From Elusimicrobia bacterium UBA5214 (GTDB lineage: Bacteria > Elusimicrobiota > UBA5214), in assembly GCA_002412545.1 (NCBI GenBank), contig DHVG01000002.1:130095-194094 (forward strand): 64,000 nucleotides of DNA. Direction: 5' to 3'. Positions 20,601 to 30,225 of the stretch are shown here, piece after piece. The position numbers and the translations under genes were made by a program. Position 1 is the first letter of the stretch. Each line of letters begins with the position of its first letter. The notes beneath the pieces were generated by a model. That model was not told the origin of the DNA. It did not search any database and saw only the letters and a list, made by a program, of their open reading frames with translations.

Positions 20601-21722
20601 ATGGTAAATCCGCGCTATCAGAAACGTTTAGAAAGATGTGGTCATTTGATGAAAGAAACCGGACTGGATGTTATTCTGCTCAGTAAACCGGCTAATCTGT
20701 TTTATCTTACCGGTGACGGTCGTCTCTGTGCCTACGCGATGGTTACGCAAGGAGGTAAAGTTGCTCTTGGTGTTCCGCAGACCGATGTGGAAGATGTCAA
20801 GCAGGTGGCACATTTTGACCATCTTGTTGGTTTTGAAGATGAGGTGGGGATGATACATTCTATTGCGCATTACTTTATGCATTTTAATATTAGTAAAGGT
20901 GTATTGGGGCTGGAATATACTTTTCTCACTCAAGTAATGATGGGAATGTTTACCCATCCCCATGCCAAGCCGAAAGGGGTAACGGTCAAGGACTGTACCC
21001 ATATTATGTCTGAACTGCGTATAGTCAAGGATGCCGAGGAAATTGAAAATATCCAGAGAGCAGCAAAAGTGGCTGATGTGGGAATGGATGCGGCAGTAAA
21101 AGCGGTGAAACCAGGTCTCAGCGAAAGCCAAATTGCTGCCGAATCCGAGTATGCAATGCGGCAGAACGGTGCTGAAGGTTTTTGGCGAACTTATGTCTCC
21201 TCGGGTCCGCGGACAAATATTGCTCACGGGTTACCTACATTACGCAAACTGCAAAACGGTGATTTGGTAATGATTGATGTTCATCCAATTGTTAATGGTT
21301 ACAGTGCGGATATGTGTCGGACAGTATGCGTGGGTAAACCAACGGTAGAGCAGCAAACCGCTTAAGATTTGTATTTAAAAGCACAACAGGCAACCATCAG
21401 CAAAATCAAAGCCGGGGTCAAGATAATGGAGCTTGAAGAGACATTGCACGGAGTGCTTAAAAACGCTGGACATAGTGAGCATATTTTCGGTCCACCGATT
21501 CACGGTGTCGGTATAGAGTTTGAAGAAGCACCTTTACCACCTGGACATGCTTTTTTCCACGGTGAAAAAGAACCACCACCTTTAGAAACTAATGTAGTCA
21601 TTTCGGTAGGTAATTGCGGCTTGTATACTGGTCCTTGGGGTGTGCGCGTGGAAGACACGGTAGTTGTTGGTGCCGAGGGACCGGTTGTTCTCACCGGTTA
21701 TCCACGAAAATTGGGGAAATAG
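20601..21722 (+). pseudogene. Xaa-Pro aminopeptidase (M24) interrupted by one in-frame TAA at 21363-21365
   Basis: ORFs 20601-21365 and 21369-21722 share a frame; creatinase-like N-domain, ID...GY.AD..RT, HGVG...E, GVRVEDTV. Confidence 0.8.
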
Positions 21723-21775
21723 GTGTGACCATTTCTCAAAAAGATAAAGAACTGCAGGCAGGACAACACCGTCCC

Positions 21776-22897
21776 TCAGTAGAATTTGTTAACAACGAAT
21801 TTAGCAATTCGACAGGCAGCATCAGGGAGAGAAAACTTTTTTACACGATTTTGTAATTCCTTAATTTTTTCCGGTGAATTAACCAGTTTGACAATCAAAG
21901 AGACAATTTTATCCGGTTCGGTCTCCACATAACCAAGTTCATGTTTCTTAATTAGTTCCGCATTACCTTCTTCCTGCCCGGGAGTAATATGGGTAATGAT
22001 TATCGGTTTACCAGCAGCAAGACATTCGGTTACAATTGCTCCTCCAGCTTTAGTTACCACTAAATCCGCTGCCCGTAAGTAATTAGCCATATTATCTACC
22101 CAGGAGAAAATGCGTGTTGACGGGAAATATTTTCTTTTGCTTAATTCTTGGTAAACATTCTCATACTTGCCGCAGATTACCATAATCTGTCCAGGTAGAC
22201 CTACATAATTGCTTAACTTCTTAATTACTGCAAGCAATTTTTCTATTTTTCCTAAACCAAGGGTGAAAAGGATAGTCGGCACTTCCGAGTTTAATCCTAA
22301 ATCGTTAAGGAATTTGTTCCGATTGAAAGGTTCACCAAGTTCAGGATTTACTGGGAAACCAAAGACCTTGATTTTTTCCGGATTAACCCCTTGGTTTATA
22401 ATTACTTCGGCAGTATCTTGGTTCGGAACAAAATAGTAATTGACTAATTCACTTAGCCACGAATAGTGTATAGAAATTGAGTCAGTAATTACCATTAAAT
22501 ATTTTATTTTTTGGTTAAACTTTTCGTTATATACTTCAAGGATATAATTCCAGTAAGGATGAGTAGAAATAAGCAGGTCCGGTCTCTTTTCGTTGAAAAG
22601 TTGGTAAAATGGTTTATAAAAAGGTTCAGTAAAAATGTTCATAATCCGGAATATCTGTTTACAGTTGGTAAGACGGTAGGTTAAGTCCCAGAGGGAAGGA
22701 CAATATTCAACACTTTTTTCGTAGTAGTTACGGGCAAAATTGGTAATTAAAGGATTACCAATTTTTACTAAATCAAGCACCTCAGTTTCTACTTCTTCCG
22801 GGTATCCGCCGATTTGGCGGATTGCTTCATTGAGATAACGTGCGGCAGTTAGATGTCCTGAACCATAACTTGCGGTTAAAATGAGGATTTTTTTCAT
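21776..22897 (-). CDS. MGDG-synthase/UgtP-like glycosyltransferase (GT28)
   Basis: ILTASYGSGH, STHP, VTKAGG, PGQEEGNA; start moved to 22897. Confidence 0.88.
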   Translation of the reverse strand: MKKILILTASYGSGHLTAARYLNEAIRQIGGYPEEVETEVLDLVKIGNPLITNFARNYYEKSVEYCPSLWDLTYRLTNCKQIFRIMNIFTEPFYKPFYQLFNEKRPDLLISTHPYWNYILEVYNEKFNQKIKYLMVITDSISIHYSWLSELVNYYFVPNQDTAEVIINQGVNPEKIKVFGFPVNPELGEPFNRNKFLNDLGLNSEVPTILFTLGLGKIEKLLAVIKKLSNYVGLPGQIMVICGKYENVYQELSKRKYFPSTRIFSWVDNMANYLRAADLVVTKAGGAIVTECLAAGKPIIITHITPGQEEGNAELIKKHELGYVETEPDKIVSLIVKLVNSPEKIKELQNRVKKFSLPDAACRIAKFVVNKFY

Positions 22898-22997
22898 TTT
22901 GAAGTAATTCCTCTTAGCACTGATTACTACAGATAAAGACCCTGATGACCACGGATAAATCTGCGTAATCTGGTCTCTAATCTGTGTAATCTGCGTT

Positions 22998-24710
22998 TTA
23001 CATTTTTTCCGGTGCAGAAACACCGATTAAGTCCAACCCGGTTCGGATAATTGTTCTTACTGCTTCTACTAAACTTAGCCGGGCTAAAGTCAAATTCCTA
23101 TCTTCGGAAATTACCCGATATTTTTCGTAATAACGGTGGAACAAATTAGCCAACTCCAAGAGATAGACCGCTAAATTGTGCGGACTTAAATTTTCTGCAC
23201 AAGTTACCAGAATATCCGGGAAAAAAGAAAGTTTTTTTATTAAGTCAAGTTCTGATTTTTCTTTCAATAGTTGATAGTTGATAGTTAATAGTTGATAGTT
23301 GATTCCTTCTTTTTCTGCCTGACGGAAGATACTTACTGCACGCGTATGTGCGTATTGGATATAGTAGACCGGATTTTCCGGGGATTGTTTCTTTGCCAAG
23401 TCAAGGTCAAATTGTAATTGTGCTTCCGGTGAACGGGTAAGAAAGAAATAACGACAGGCATCTTTTCCTACCTCATCCAGTAATTGTCGCAGAGTAACAA
23501 ATTCACCTGCCCGGGTAGACATTGCTACCGGTTGTCCTTCACGGATAAGACTTACCAACTGGTAAAGAATAATCTGTAACTGCTCCGGTTTGTAACCGAG
23601 GGCTTTTATTCCGGTTTTCATCCGGGCAATGTATCCGTGGTGGTCAGCTCCCCAGAGGTTGATTAGGCGGTCAAATTTTCGTTCCAATTTATCCCGGTGG
23701 TAGGCAAGGTCACCAGCTAAATAAGTTGGACGGCCGTCAGCACGAATCAGAACCCGGTCTTTCTCATCGTTCCCTAAGGTAGATTTGAACCATAAAGCAT
23801 TGTCTTTTTCGTAGGCATATCCCTTCTCTTTCAGTTGAGAAATTGTCTCTTCCACTTTTTTCTTTTGGTAAAGGTCGGACTCGGTGGACCAAATATCAAA
23901 TTTAATACTAAAATCTTCCAAATCTTTTTTGATGTCTTCAAGGTTTTCTTCCATAGCGATTTTGGAAAAATAACTTTCTGGTTTCTTTTCTATATCGGCT
24001 GGAGTAAGAACTCCTGCTCTTTCTTGACGGGCTATCTTTGTAGCCATTTCTATAATATCCTTTATATACTCCCCACGGTATGCAGCATTATTTAACCATT
24101 CTTCTTCTTCCGGTGTTAATTTCTTCTTAAATATGAATTCTTTTATTCTTAATTTTACCGTTTTACCTAAGTTTTCAATCTGGTTGCCGATATCATTGAT
24201 ATAATACTCCCTTTTTACTTCCCAACCGAGAAAAGAAAAAATTCTGGCTAAAGAATCACCGATTGCTGCACCTCTGCCGTGTCCGACATGGAGCGGACCG
24301 GTAGGATTTGCCGAGACAAATTCAAAAAGTATTTTTTCTCTTTTACCTAAGTTTGTTTTTCCATAATTTTTTCCTTGTCCTAAAATTGTTTTTAATTCTT
24401 GATAAACTCTTTCTGGAGCAAGAGAAAAATTGAGAAAAACCGGGGGCATAAATTCGACTTTAACGAACGGAGAAGAGGGAGTGATAAGTGAAGGGATAAT
24501 TTTATTGGTAATCTCCATAATCTCCACGGCTGGTTTATCTATCTCCTGACTAATAATTGAAACAATATTACATGACCCATCAGCAGAAATGTGTGCAGGT
24601 GGAATTTCTACCGTAGGTTTTGGTAGTTTTCTATTCTCAGGAATAATTTTTTCTTTTTTTAGTTGTTCAATCAGCTGGTCAATAAAAGTATAAATTTCTT
24701 CTTTAATCAT
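22998..24710 (-). CDS. argS: arginine--tRNA ligase
   Basis: EFVSANPTGPLHVGHGR, WGADHHGY, MSTRAG, NPVYYIQYAH, APEKM. Confidence 0.98.
   Translation of the reverse strand: MIKEEIYTFIDQLIEQLKKEKIIPENRKLPKPTVEIPPAHISADGSCNIVSIISQEIDKPAVEIMEITNKIIPSLITPSSPFVKVEFMPPVFLNFSLAPERVYQELKTILGQGKNYGKTNLGKREKILFEFVSANPTGPLHVGHGRGAAIGDSLARIFSFLGWEVKREYYINDIGNQIENLGKTVKLRIKEFIFKKKLTPEEEEWLNNAAYRGEYIKDIIEMATKIARQERAGVLTPADIEKKPESYFSKIAMEENLEDIKKDLEDFSIKFDIWSTESDLYQKKKVEETISQLKEKGYAYEKDNALWFKSTLGNDEKDRVLIRADGRPTYLAGDLAYHRDKLERKFDRLINLWGADHHGYIARMKTGIKALGYKPEQLQIILYQLVSLIREGQPVAMSTRAGEFVTLRQLLDEVGKDACRYFFLTRSPEAQLQFDLDLAKKQSPENPVYYIQYAHTRAVSIFRQAEKEGINYQLLTINYQLLKEKSELDLIKKLSFFPDILVTCAENLSPHNLAVYLLELANLFHRYYEKYRVISEDRNLTLARLSLVEAVRTIIRTGLDLIGVSAPEKM
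23267..23301 (-). repeat. in-frame 7-mer array (ATAGTTG x5, + strand) in argS
   Basis: Encodes INYQLLTINYQLL; same unit occurs intergenically at 10322-10356. Confidence 0.9.
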
Positions 24711-24736
24711 TTCTTATACACGAATAAACACGAATT

Positions 24737-25150
24737 TTACTTTTCTCGCGAATATTTGCGAATTGTTTTCTTTTTTGCGATTTGGCGTTTCTTGATGCGT
24801 TTTTGCGTTGTTTCCCAAGAGACCATTTTCGCTCCCTTCCAGAATTTTTCTAAATTGTAGAAATTACGTATCTCGGGCAGGAAAAGATGAACAATCAATC
24901 CACCGTAATCTAAAACTTGCCAGGAAGAGGACGAAACGCCATCTTCACGGAGAGGAGAAATATTTTCTTTACTTAAATTTTCGTTTAAAGTTTCTCTTAA
25001 AGTCGTTAAATGCAAGGAAGAAGTAGCATTAGCGAGAAAAAAATAGTCAGTAAGGAAAGTCAACTTACGGACATCAAGGATAACTATTTTTTCTGCTTTT
25101 TCTGCCCGAAGCAATAAAGCAATTTTTTTTGCTAATTGACGGAAATTCAC
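24737..25150 (-). CDS. rsfS: ribosome silencing factor
   Basis: KAE.IVILDV, DYF, W..LDYG..IVHLF, R.FYNLEK.W. Confidence 0.93.
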   Translation of the reverse strand: MNFRQLAKKIALLLRAEKAEKIVILDVRKLTFLTDYFFLANATSSLHLTTLRETLNENLSKENISPLREDGVSSSSWQVLDYGGLIVHLFLPEIRNFYNLEKFWKGAKMVSWETTQKRIKKRQIAKKKTIRKYSREK

Positions 25151-25175
25151 GAGATATCAATCACCTCCCTGATGA

Positions 25176-26420
25176 CTACTTAAGAATTTTTTTATCTTTT
25201 AAACAATCTTCACCAAGAATAATAGTTACATCAACCATCCTTTCCGGTTCAATATTACTAATTAAATCGTTACCCGGAAAGATACTTTTTACCTTTTCGG
25301 TTTTTTTTAAATCACCAGTCCGGTCAATAATCAGGGTAGATTGCTTTTTCTCCCCATAATTACCCCATTTAATTACATCTACCCCCTGGCGCCGTAAAAA
25401 ACGGGTCATCCGGAGAGCTAATCCTTGTTGTTCAGTAGCATTCCATACTTCAGCAGTTACGGTAGGTAAAACTGTCTCTTCAGTTGAAATTTTTTCTTCC
25501 GGTTTTATTTCCTCTAATCTGCTCACTGAAAGCAATTCAGTTACCGGACCGATTTTTCCTTTATCGGGTATCCATAAATTAGAGTCGGGTCTTCCGGGAA
25601 GATAAAGAATACGTAAATTATCCGGAGAGAAATTTTTTACTTCCGAAGATAAATTTAGCAAATCCCAGAATGATAGATTCGTCTGAATTTTTGCGACGGC
25701 TTCTTTCAGGAGTAAAGGTAACCTAAAAAAAAGTAAAGGATTCTTTATTTTAGCAAAGATACTGCGTAAAAACCGTTGTTGGCGGACAGTCCTTTCCGTA
25801 TCACCGCTTTCATCACGGTAACGGACATATTCCAGTGCCTTTTTGCCGTTGAGAATATATTCACCGGGCTCAAAATGGATATCCAACTTTCCCCAACTAT
25901 CATGATAATCCATAACTTTATCTATTTTGATTGGTATGCCACCGAGTAAATTAACAATTTTGACAAATGATGAATAGTCTAACTGGCAATAATAAGGGAT
26001 AACAATTTGCTTTTCTTCCGAAGAAAGGAATTCTTCAATTACTTTTTTGAAAGAAGCGGGAGCTTGCGAGTTCCCTTCCTGACGACAATAATAAGCATAA
26101 ATTTCGTTAATTCTCTTATTTCTGAAGTAGTTACCTCTTGGTACCGTAGATTCAATTCTTGTATCCCGCGGGATGAAAAGTAAATTAAGAGATTTTTCTT
26201 TGGGTAAGTAACTAAAGACAATAATCGTATCCGCATGTTTAGCGTAAGCAACTTCGTCACAACCGAGGAGTAAACCGTAGATAGTTTCATTTTTACTGAT
26301 TGCTTTAGTAAGCGGACTGGTTAAGGAAAAATATAAAGAAAAAATAATCAGTAACAGGAAAATTGCAAAAATATAGTGTTCGGTCTGAAATTGGGAGAAA
26401 ATTGTTTTATTTTTTTCCAT
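25176..26420 (-). CDS. LCP-family protein with LytR C-terminal domain
   Basis: DTI, IPRDT, INE.Y, ALEYVRYR..GD..R..RQ; C-terminal EVWNAT...GLA, DVTIILGED. Confidence 0.88.
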   Translation of the reverse strand: MEKNKTIFSQFQTEHYIFAIFLLLIIFSLYFSLTSPLTKAISKNETIYGLLLGCDEVAYAKHADTIIVFSYLPKEKSLNLLFIPRDTRIESTVPRGNYFRNKRINEIYAYYCRQEGNSQAPASFKKVIEEFLSSEEKQIVIPYYCQLDYSSFVKIVNLLGGIPIKIDKVMDYHDSWGKLDIHFEPGEYILNGKKALEYVRYRDESGDTERTVRQQRFLRSIFAKIKNPLLFFRLPLLLKEAVAKIQTNLSFWDLLNLSSEVKNFSPDNLRILYLPGRPDSNLWIPDKGKIGPVTELLSVSRLEEIKPEEKISTEETVLPTVTAEVWNATEQQGLALRMTRFLRRQGVDVIKWGNYGEKKQSTLIIDRTGDLKKTEKVKSIFPGNDLISNIEPERMVDVTIILGEDCLKDKKILK

Positions 26421-26991
26421 AGAGCCGATTTTGGTAAATATATTCTTCTACATTCCCAGGGACAAAATATTTTATACTTTTCCCTTCACCGATATATTCT
26501 CTAAGTTCTTTACTGGAAATATCTAAACCAAGAAGGGGGAAAACAGTGACCTTTTTAAGGATTTCCTTTTTTACTTTCTCAGTTGGAACTCCCGGGCGCA
26601 TACCGACAATGAATGAACATAATTCTAATATTTTTGTTCCTTTTTCCCAAGTATCAATTTCAAGCAGTGTATCCGAACCAATAAGAAAAAAAAGTTCATC
26701 TTTTGGGTATTTTCGTTTAAAAAAGTTTATTGTTTTGTAAGTGTAAGATTTACCTTTACTCTTTAATTCAAATGGGGAAAGAGAAAAGTATTTATTGTTT
26801 TGAATCGCCAGTTTTACCATCTGGTAGCGGTCTTCTGCTGGAGCAAGGTCAGAAACTTTATGTGGCGGCTTACCCGCAGGAATAAAAATAACCTGGTCTA
26901 AATTGAGGTATTCTCTTGAGGTTTCGGCTAGAATCAAATGTCCGTAATGAATTGGGTTAAAACAACCACCGAATAATGCAATTTTCATCAT
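26407..26991 (-). CDS. nadD: nicotinate-nucleotide adenylyltransferase
   Basis: GG.FNPIHYGH, PPHK, SYT, IGSD, ISS. Confidence 0.95.
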   Translation of the reverse strand: MMKIALFGGCFNPIHYGHLILAETSREYLNLDQVIFIPAGKPPHKVSDLAPAEDRYQMVKLAIQNNKYFSLSPFELKSKGKSYTYKTINFFKRKYPKDELFFLIGSDTLLEIDTWEKGTKILELCSFIVGMRPGVPTEKVKKEILKKVTVFPLLGLDISSKELREYIGEGKSIKYFVPGNVEEYIYQNRLYGKK

Positions 26992-27092
26992 TCCGTTATT
27001 TCCGTTGAGTCCGTTTTGACCGTTTAGTCGGTTATTTCCGTTGAGACCGTTGAACGGGCTGAACGGACTAAACGGATTAAACGGACTTAACG
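26991..27092. repeat. bidirectional 9-mer array filling the proA-nadD spacer
   Basis: (ttccgttga)n then (aacggacta)n around CCGTTGAACGG. Confidence 0.9.
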
Positions 27093-27093
27093 C

Positions 27094-28377
27094 TTATTCT
27101 CTTATCTGTCCTTTTCCAAAAACAATATATTTGGTTGAAGTAAGTTCATTAAGACCCATCGTCCCCCGGGCATGTAATTTTTGGGTAGAGATACCAATTT
27201 CCGAGCCAAACCCGAAGACACCACCGTCATGCAGACGGGTAGAAGCATTGTGAAATACCGCACTCGAGTCAACTTCCTGCAAAAATTTTTTTGCGGTTTC
27301 TTTATTTTCGGTAACGATTGTTTCACTATGTCCGGAACCATACTTATTGATATGCTCAATTGCTTCCTCTACCGAATCAACAATTTTTATTGCTAAAATC
27401 AAAGTGAGATATTCTCGATACCAATCGTCCTCAGTGGCTGGTTTAACCTCAGGAATAATTTGTTGTGTCCTTGTGCAACCACGGAGTTCTACGCCGGCTT
27501 TTTTATATTCCTCAATCATTAAGGGTAAGAATTTTTTGGCAATTTCTTGATGCACAAGTAATTTCTCCATTGCATTGCATACACCCGGACGCTGAACCTT
27601 AGCATTATAACAGATTTTAATTGCCATCTCTATATTTGCTTCCTTATCTACATAAGTGTGACAGTTACCTTTACCATGAGCAAGAACCGGGACGGTCGCT
27701 TTCTCCCGAATTGCCCGAATCATTTCTTCACCACCACGGGGAATGACTAAATCAATATACTGGTCTAATTTAATTAACTCAGAAATTGCCTCCCGTTCAG
27801 TAGTTTCAATGAACTCAATACTTCCATCTGGAATACCATTTGCATAAGCAGTTTGTCCAATAATTTTTGCTAAGATTGTATTTGTCTTGATTGCTTCCGA
27901 ACCACCACGCAAAATTACCGCATTACCCGATTTCAAACATAGACCACTCGCTTCTATGGTAACATTGGGGCGGGATTCGTAAATCATTAAAATTACACCC
28001 AGCGGGACCGATACTTTCTGGATTTTTAATCCATTCGGTTCGGTTTTGTTTACCTTGAGCCCGCCGAAAGGTCTAGTCCATTCAGCAATAATTTTACCTA
28101 CCGGGTCAGACAAATCAACAATTTCTTTTAGCCCCTTTACCATTTCACTAATTCTTTTTTCATTTAAAGTAAGACGGTCAATCAGTGCTGAAGAAAGATT
28201 TACCTTTTTAGCATTATTCAAATCAACTTGGTTAGCAGAGAGAATTTTTGTTTTTTCTTTCTTTAAAGCATCCGCTATTGCTAAAAGTGCCTTGTTCTTT
28301 ATTTCAGTACTTAAATTTGCTAATTTCCGACAAGCACTTTTTGCCCTTTCTGCTTTTTTAATCAGTTCTTCTTTCAT
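27094..28377 (-). CDS. proA: gamma-glutamyl phosphate reductase
   Basis: IYESRPNV, LRGGSEA, GVCNA.E, EIGISTQKLHARG. Confidence 0.97.
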   Translation of the reverse strand: MKEELIKKAERAKSACRKLANLSTEIKNKALLAIADALKKEKTKILSANQVDLNNAKKVNLSSALIDRLTLNEKRISEMVKGLKEIVDLSDPVGKIIAEWTRPFGGLKVNKTEPNGLKIQKVSVPLGVILMIYESRPNVTIEASGLCLKSGNAVILRGGSEAIKTNTILAKIIGQTAYANGIPDGSIEFIETTEREAISELIKLDQYIDLVIPRGGEEMIRAIREKATVPVLAHGKGNCHTYVDKEANIEMAIKICYNAKVQRPGVCNAMEKLLVHQEIAKKFLPLMIEEYKKAGVELRGCTRTQQIIPEVKPATEDDWYREYLTLILAIKIVDSVEEAIEHINKYGSGHSETIVTENKETAKKFLQEVDSSAVFHNASTRLHDGGVFGFGSEIGISTQKLHARGTMGLNELTSTKYIVFGKGQIRE

Positions 28378-28508
28378 TTTTCTCCTCTATCCGAAAACCA
28401 ATTTGACGCTGAAATTGTTACTTCTTTTTCGTTTAAGGTCACAACTTATGACCTTATATCCAGGAATAAAAAATTGTTTTCTTTTTAATTATCTCTGTGC
28501 TGATTTTA

Positions 28509-29063
28509 TCAATCTACACGAAAACCTATTTTCTTTTCAGGTTGCTTCGGTGGTGCCAGTAATTTATTTATAAGTTCAAAGACGACTTTAAATTGACGGT
28601 CATATTTCTTTTCCATTTCTTCAATTTTTCTTTTCAAATCTTCGTGTGTTGATAATATCCGTCTCAATTTTGCAAAAGTTCTCATAATCTGGATGTTCAC
28701 ATAGATAGCTCTTTTGCTATTTAATACACTGGAAAGCATAGCCACACCCTGCTCAGTAAAGGCGTAAGGGAGATATCCTCCTAAACTCCTTTTTGATGGT
28801 ATCACATTTTGTGATACCAAGATTTCTGCTTCTTCCTTAGTAAGTTTTAACATAAAGTCTTCCGGAAAACGGTCTTTATTTCTTTTTACCTGTTGTCTTA
28901 GAGCGATAGGTTTTACTCCGTAGAGTTCTGCAATGTGCCGGTCTAAAATTACATTTAATCCTTTTATTAAAAAGATTTTATTTTCTATTCTTTCTTGTGG
29001 AACTATTTCTTGAATTGTGCTTTCATCTTTTTTCATTTTTTTCACCTGACAATGGTTCGGCAT
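28509..29063 (-). CDS. ORF6N-domain DNA-binding protein (start probably near 29036)
   Basis: VILD..IAELYGV, VKRN.DRFPEDFM, PYAFTEQGVAMLSSVLNS, KKIGF. Confidence 0.9.
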   Translation of the reverse strand: MPNHCQVKKMKKDESTIQEIVPQERIENKIFLIKGLNVILDRHIAELYGVKPIALRQQVKRNKDRFPEDFMLKLTKEEAEILVSQNVIPSKRSLGGYLPYAFTEQGVAMLSSVLNSKRAIYVNIQIMRTFAKLRRILSTHEDLKRKIEEMEKKYDRQFKVVFELINKLLAPPKQPEKKIGFRVD

Positions 29064-29263
29064 TGCTCACCACGGTAAAGGGATTGAACCGTTTTTTAAT
29101 TCCTCCGTCCCAATTCTCCCTGTTCAATGTTTATTCCGTAAAGCGTAGAAGCGTAGCCGGCCCTTAAGGGTCGGCTACCTCTTTTCCGTCACAGTTGTCA
29201 AGTAGCGTCCCCTTTTCGTTAATTCCCTCTGTCCCAATTTCCTATTTTTTGATAGTCTAAAAG

Positions 29264-29791
29264 TCATTCCAATTGTTCATATTTATCTGTCCATTCCATG
29301 GGTACGGGCGGCATTTTTGCTTGTTTGTCTATAACATCAATAACTTTTTCCGTATCCTCCACAAAATTTCTAGCATTGTCTAGAGTACATAATTTTTCCC
29401 ATCTTGTTAAAGGTGAATTCTCAGAAGTGCTTTCTATTTCTTCAGTTCTCGAGTGTACTAATTTGTTTCTCAGTTTAAATATCAAATCGAATGATTGGAA
29501 TGGTCGCTTACTGTTGTCAACTTGAAAATGTAATTTTTCACAGATAATTTTAAGTTTTGCTTTTGGAGACAATGACCTCTCTAAGTCAGCCCAACATTTG
29601 AAATTTAGATTGCCTAAATGATTCAAATAACTTTCTAATGTAAAAGCACAAAAAAGACAAGTAGCCATAATTTTATATGTTTGCCCGGCCATATCATTTG
29701 ACAATTCCAAAAAATGTTTTGACGCTGTTAATAACCATTTGTATGTATAAATAATTCTGCTGGTTCTACAAGTTCTTTTCATTATCTCCAT
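29264..29791 (-). CDS. hypothetical protein (possible HEPN-like R-x4-H motif)
   Basis: 175-aa ORF with RBS; AFTLESYLN, LRNKLVH. Confidence 0.55.
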   Translation of the reverse strand: MEIMKRTCRTSRIIYTYKWLLTASKHFLELSNDMAGQTYKIMATCLFCAFTLESYLNHLGNLNFKCWADLERSLSPKAKLKIICEKLHFQVDNSKRPFQSFDLIFKLRNKLVHSRTEEIESTSENSPLTRWEKLCTLDNARNFVEDTEKVIDVIDKQAKMPPVPMEWTDKYEQLE

Positions 29792-29841
29792 AGTTTTCCC
29801 CTAAAATCATTTTTTCTACTTCTTGTTTGCTTGACAATTTT

Positions 29842-30057
29842 TTAATTCCCTCTGATCTGTAATATTTGGATTATAATAAAAATAATTTGGATAATACCAA
29901 GAAAAATCATGGCTCCTGATAAATAACTGCTTTTACAATTGAATTTATCTATTGATTCTCGTAAGCGTATAATTAATTCTGCTAAAGATTTTTGACTTTG
30001 TTCTAAACTTCCCCATGTAGTTCCTTTAATTATTTTACTATCACTTTCATTGTTCAT
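29842..30057 (-). CDS. small membrane hypothetical protein
   Basis: 71 aa with RBS and a C-terminal hydrophobic helix. Confidence 0.5.
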   Translation of the reverse strand: MNNESDSKIIKGTTWGSLEQSQKSLAELIIRLRESIDKFNCKSSYLSGAMIFLGIIQIIFIIIQILQIRGN

Positions 30058-30225
30058 AGTTTACCCCTCCCGAAATTATATTTTCAACTTTTTGTTTAGC
30101 TTCGGATAAAAGTTCTTTTGTTTTTATGCGTGCTTCGTGTGATTGGCGAAAACTGGCAACAGAGTCAACAAGTGTCCTTTTTCCCGAAAAACTTGCTTAT
30201 AAATAGATATATATAACAATCCCAT

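Noticed and set aside
21363..21365. Stop-codon recoding (Sec/Pyl or alternative code)
   Set aside because: The codon is TAA, which ends many genes here
27041..27253. ORF with NGL repeats
   Set aside because: Translation of the 9-mer array, antisense to proA
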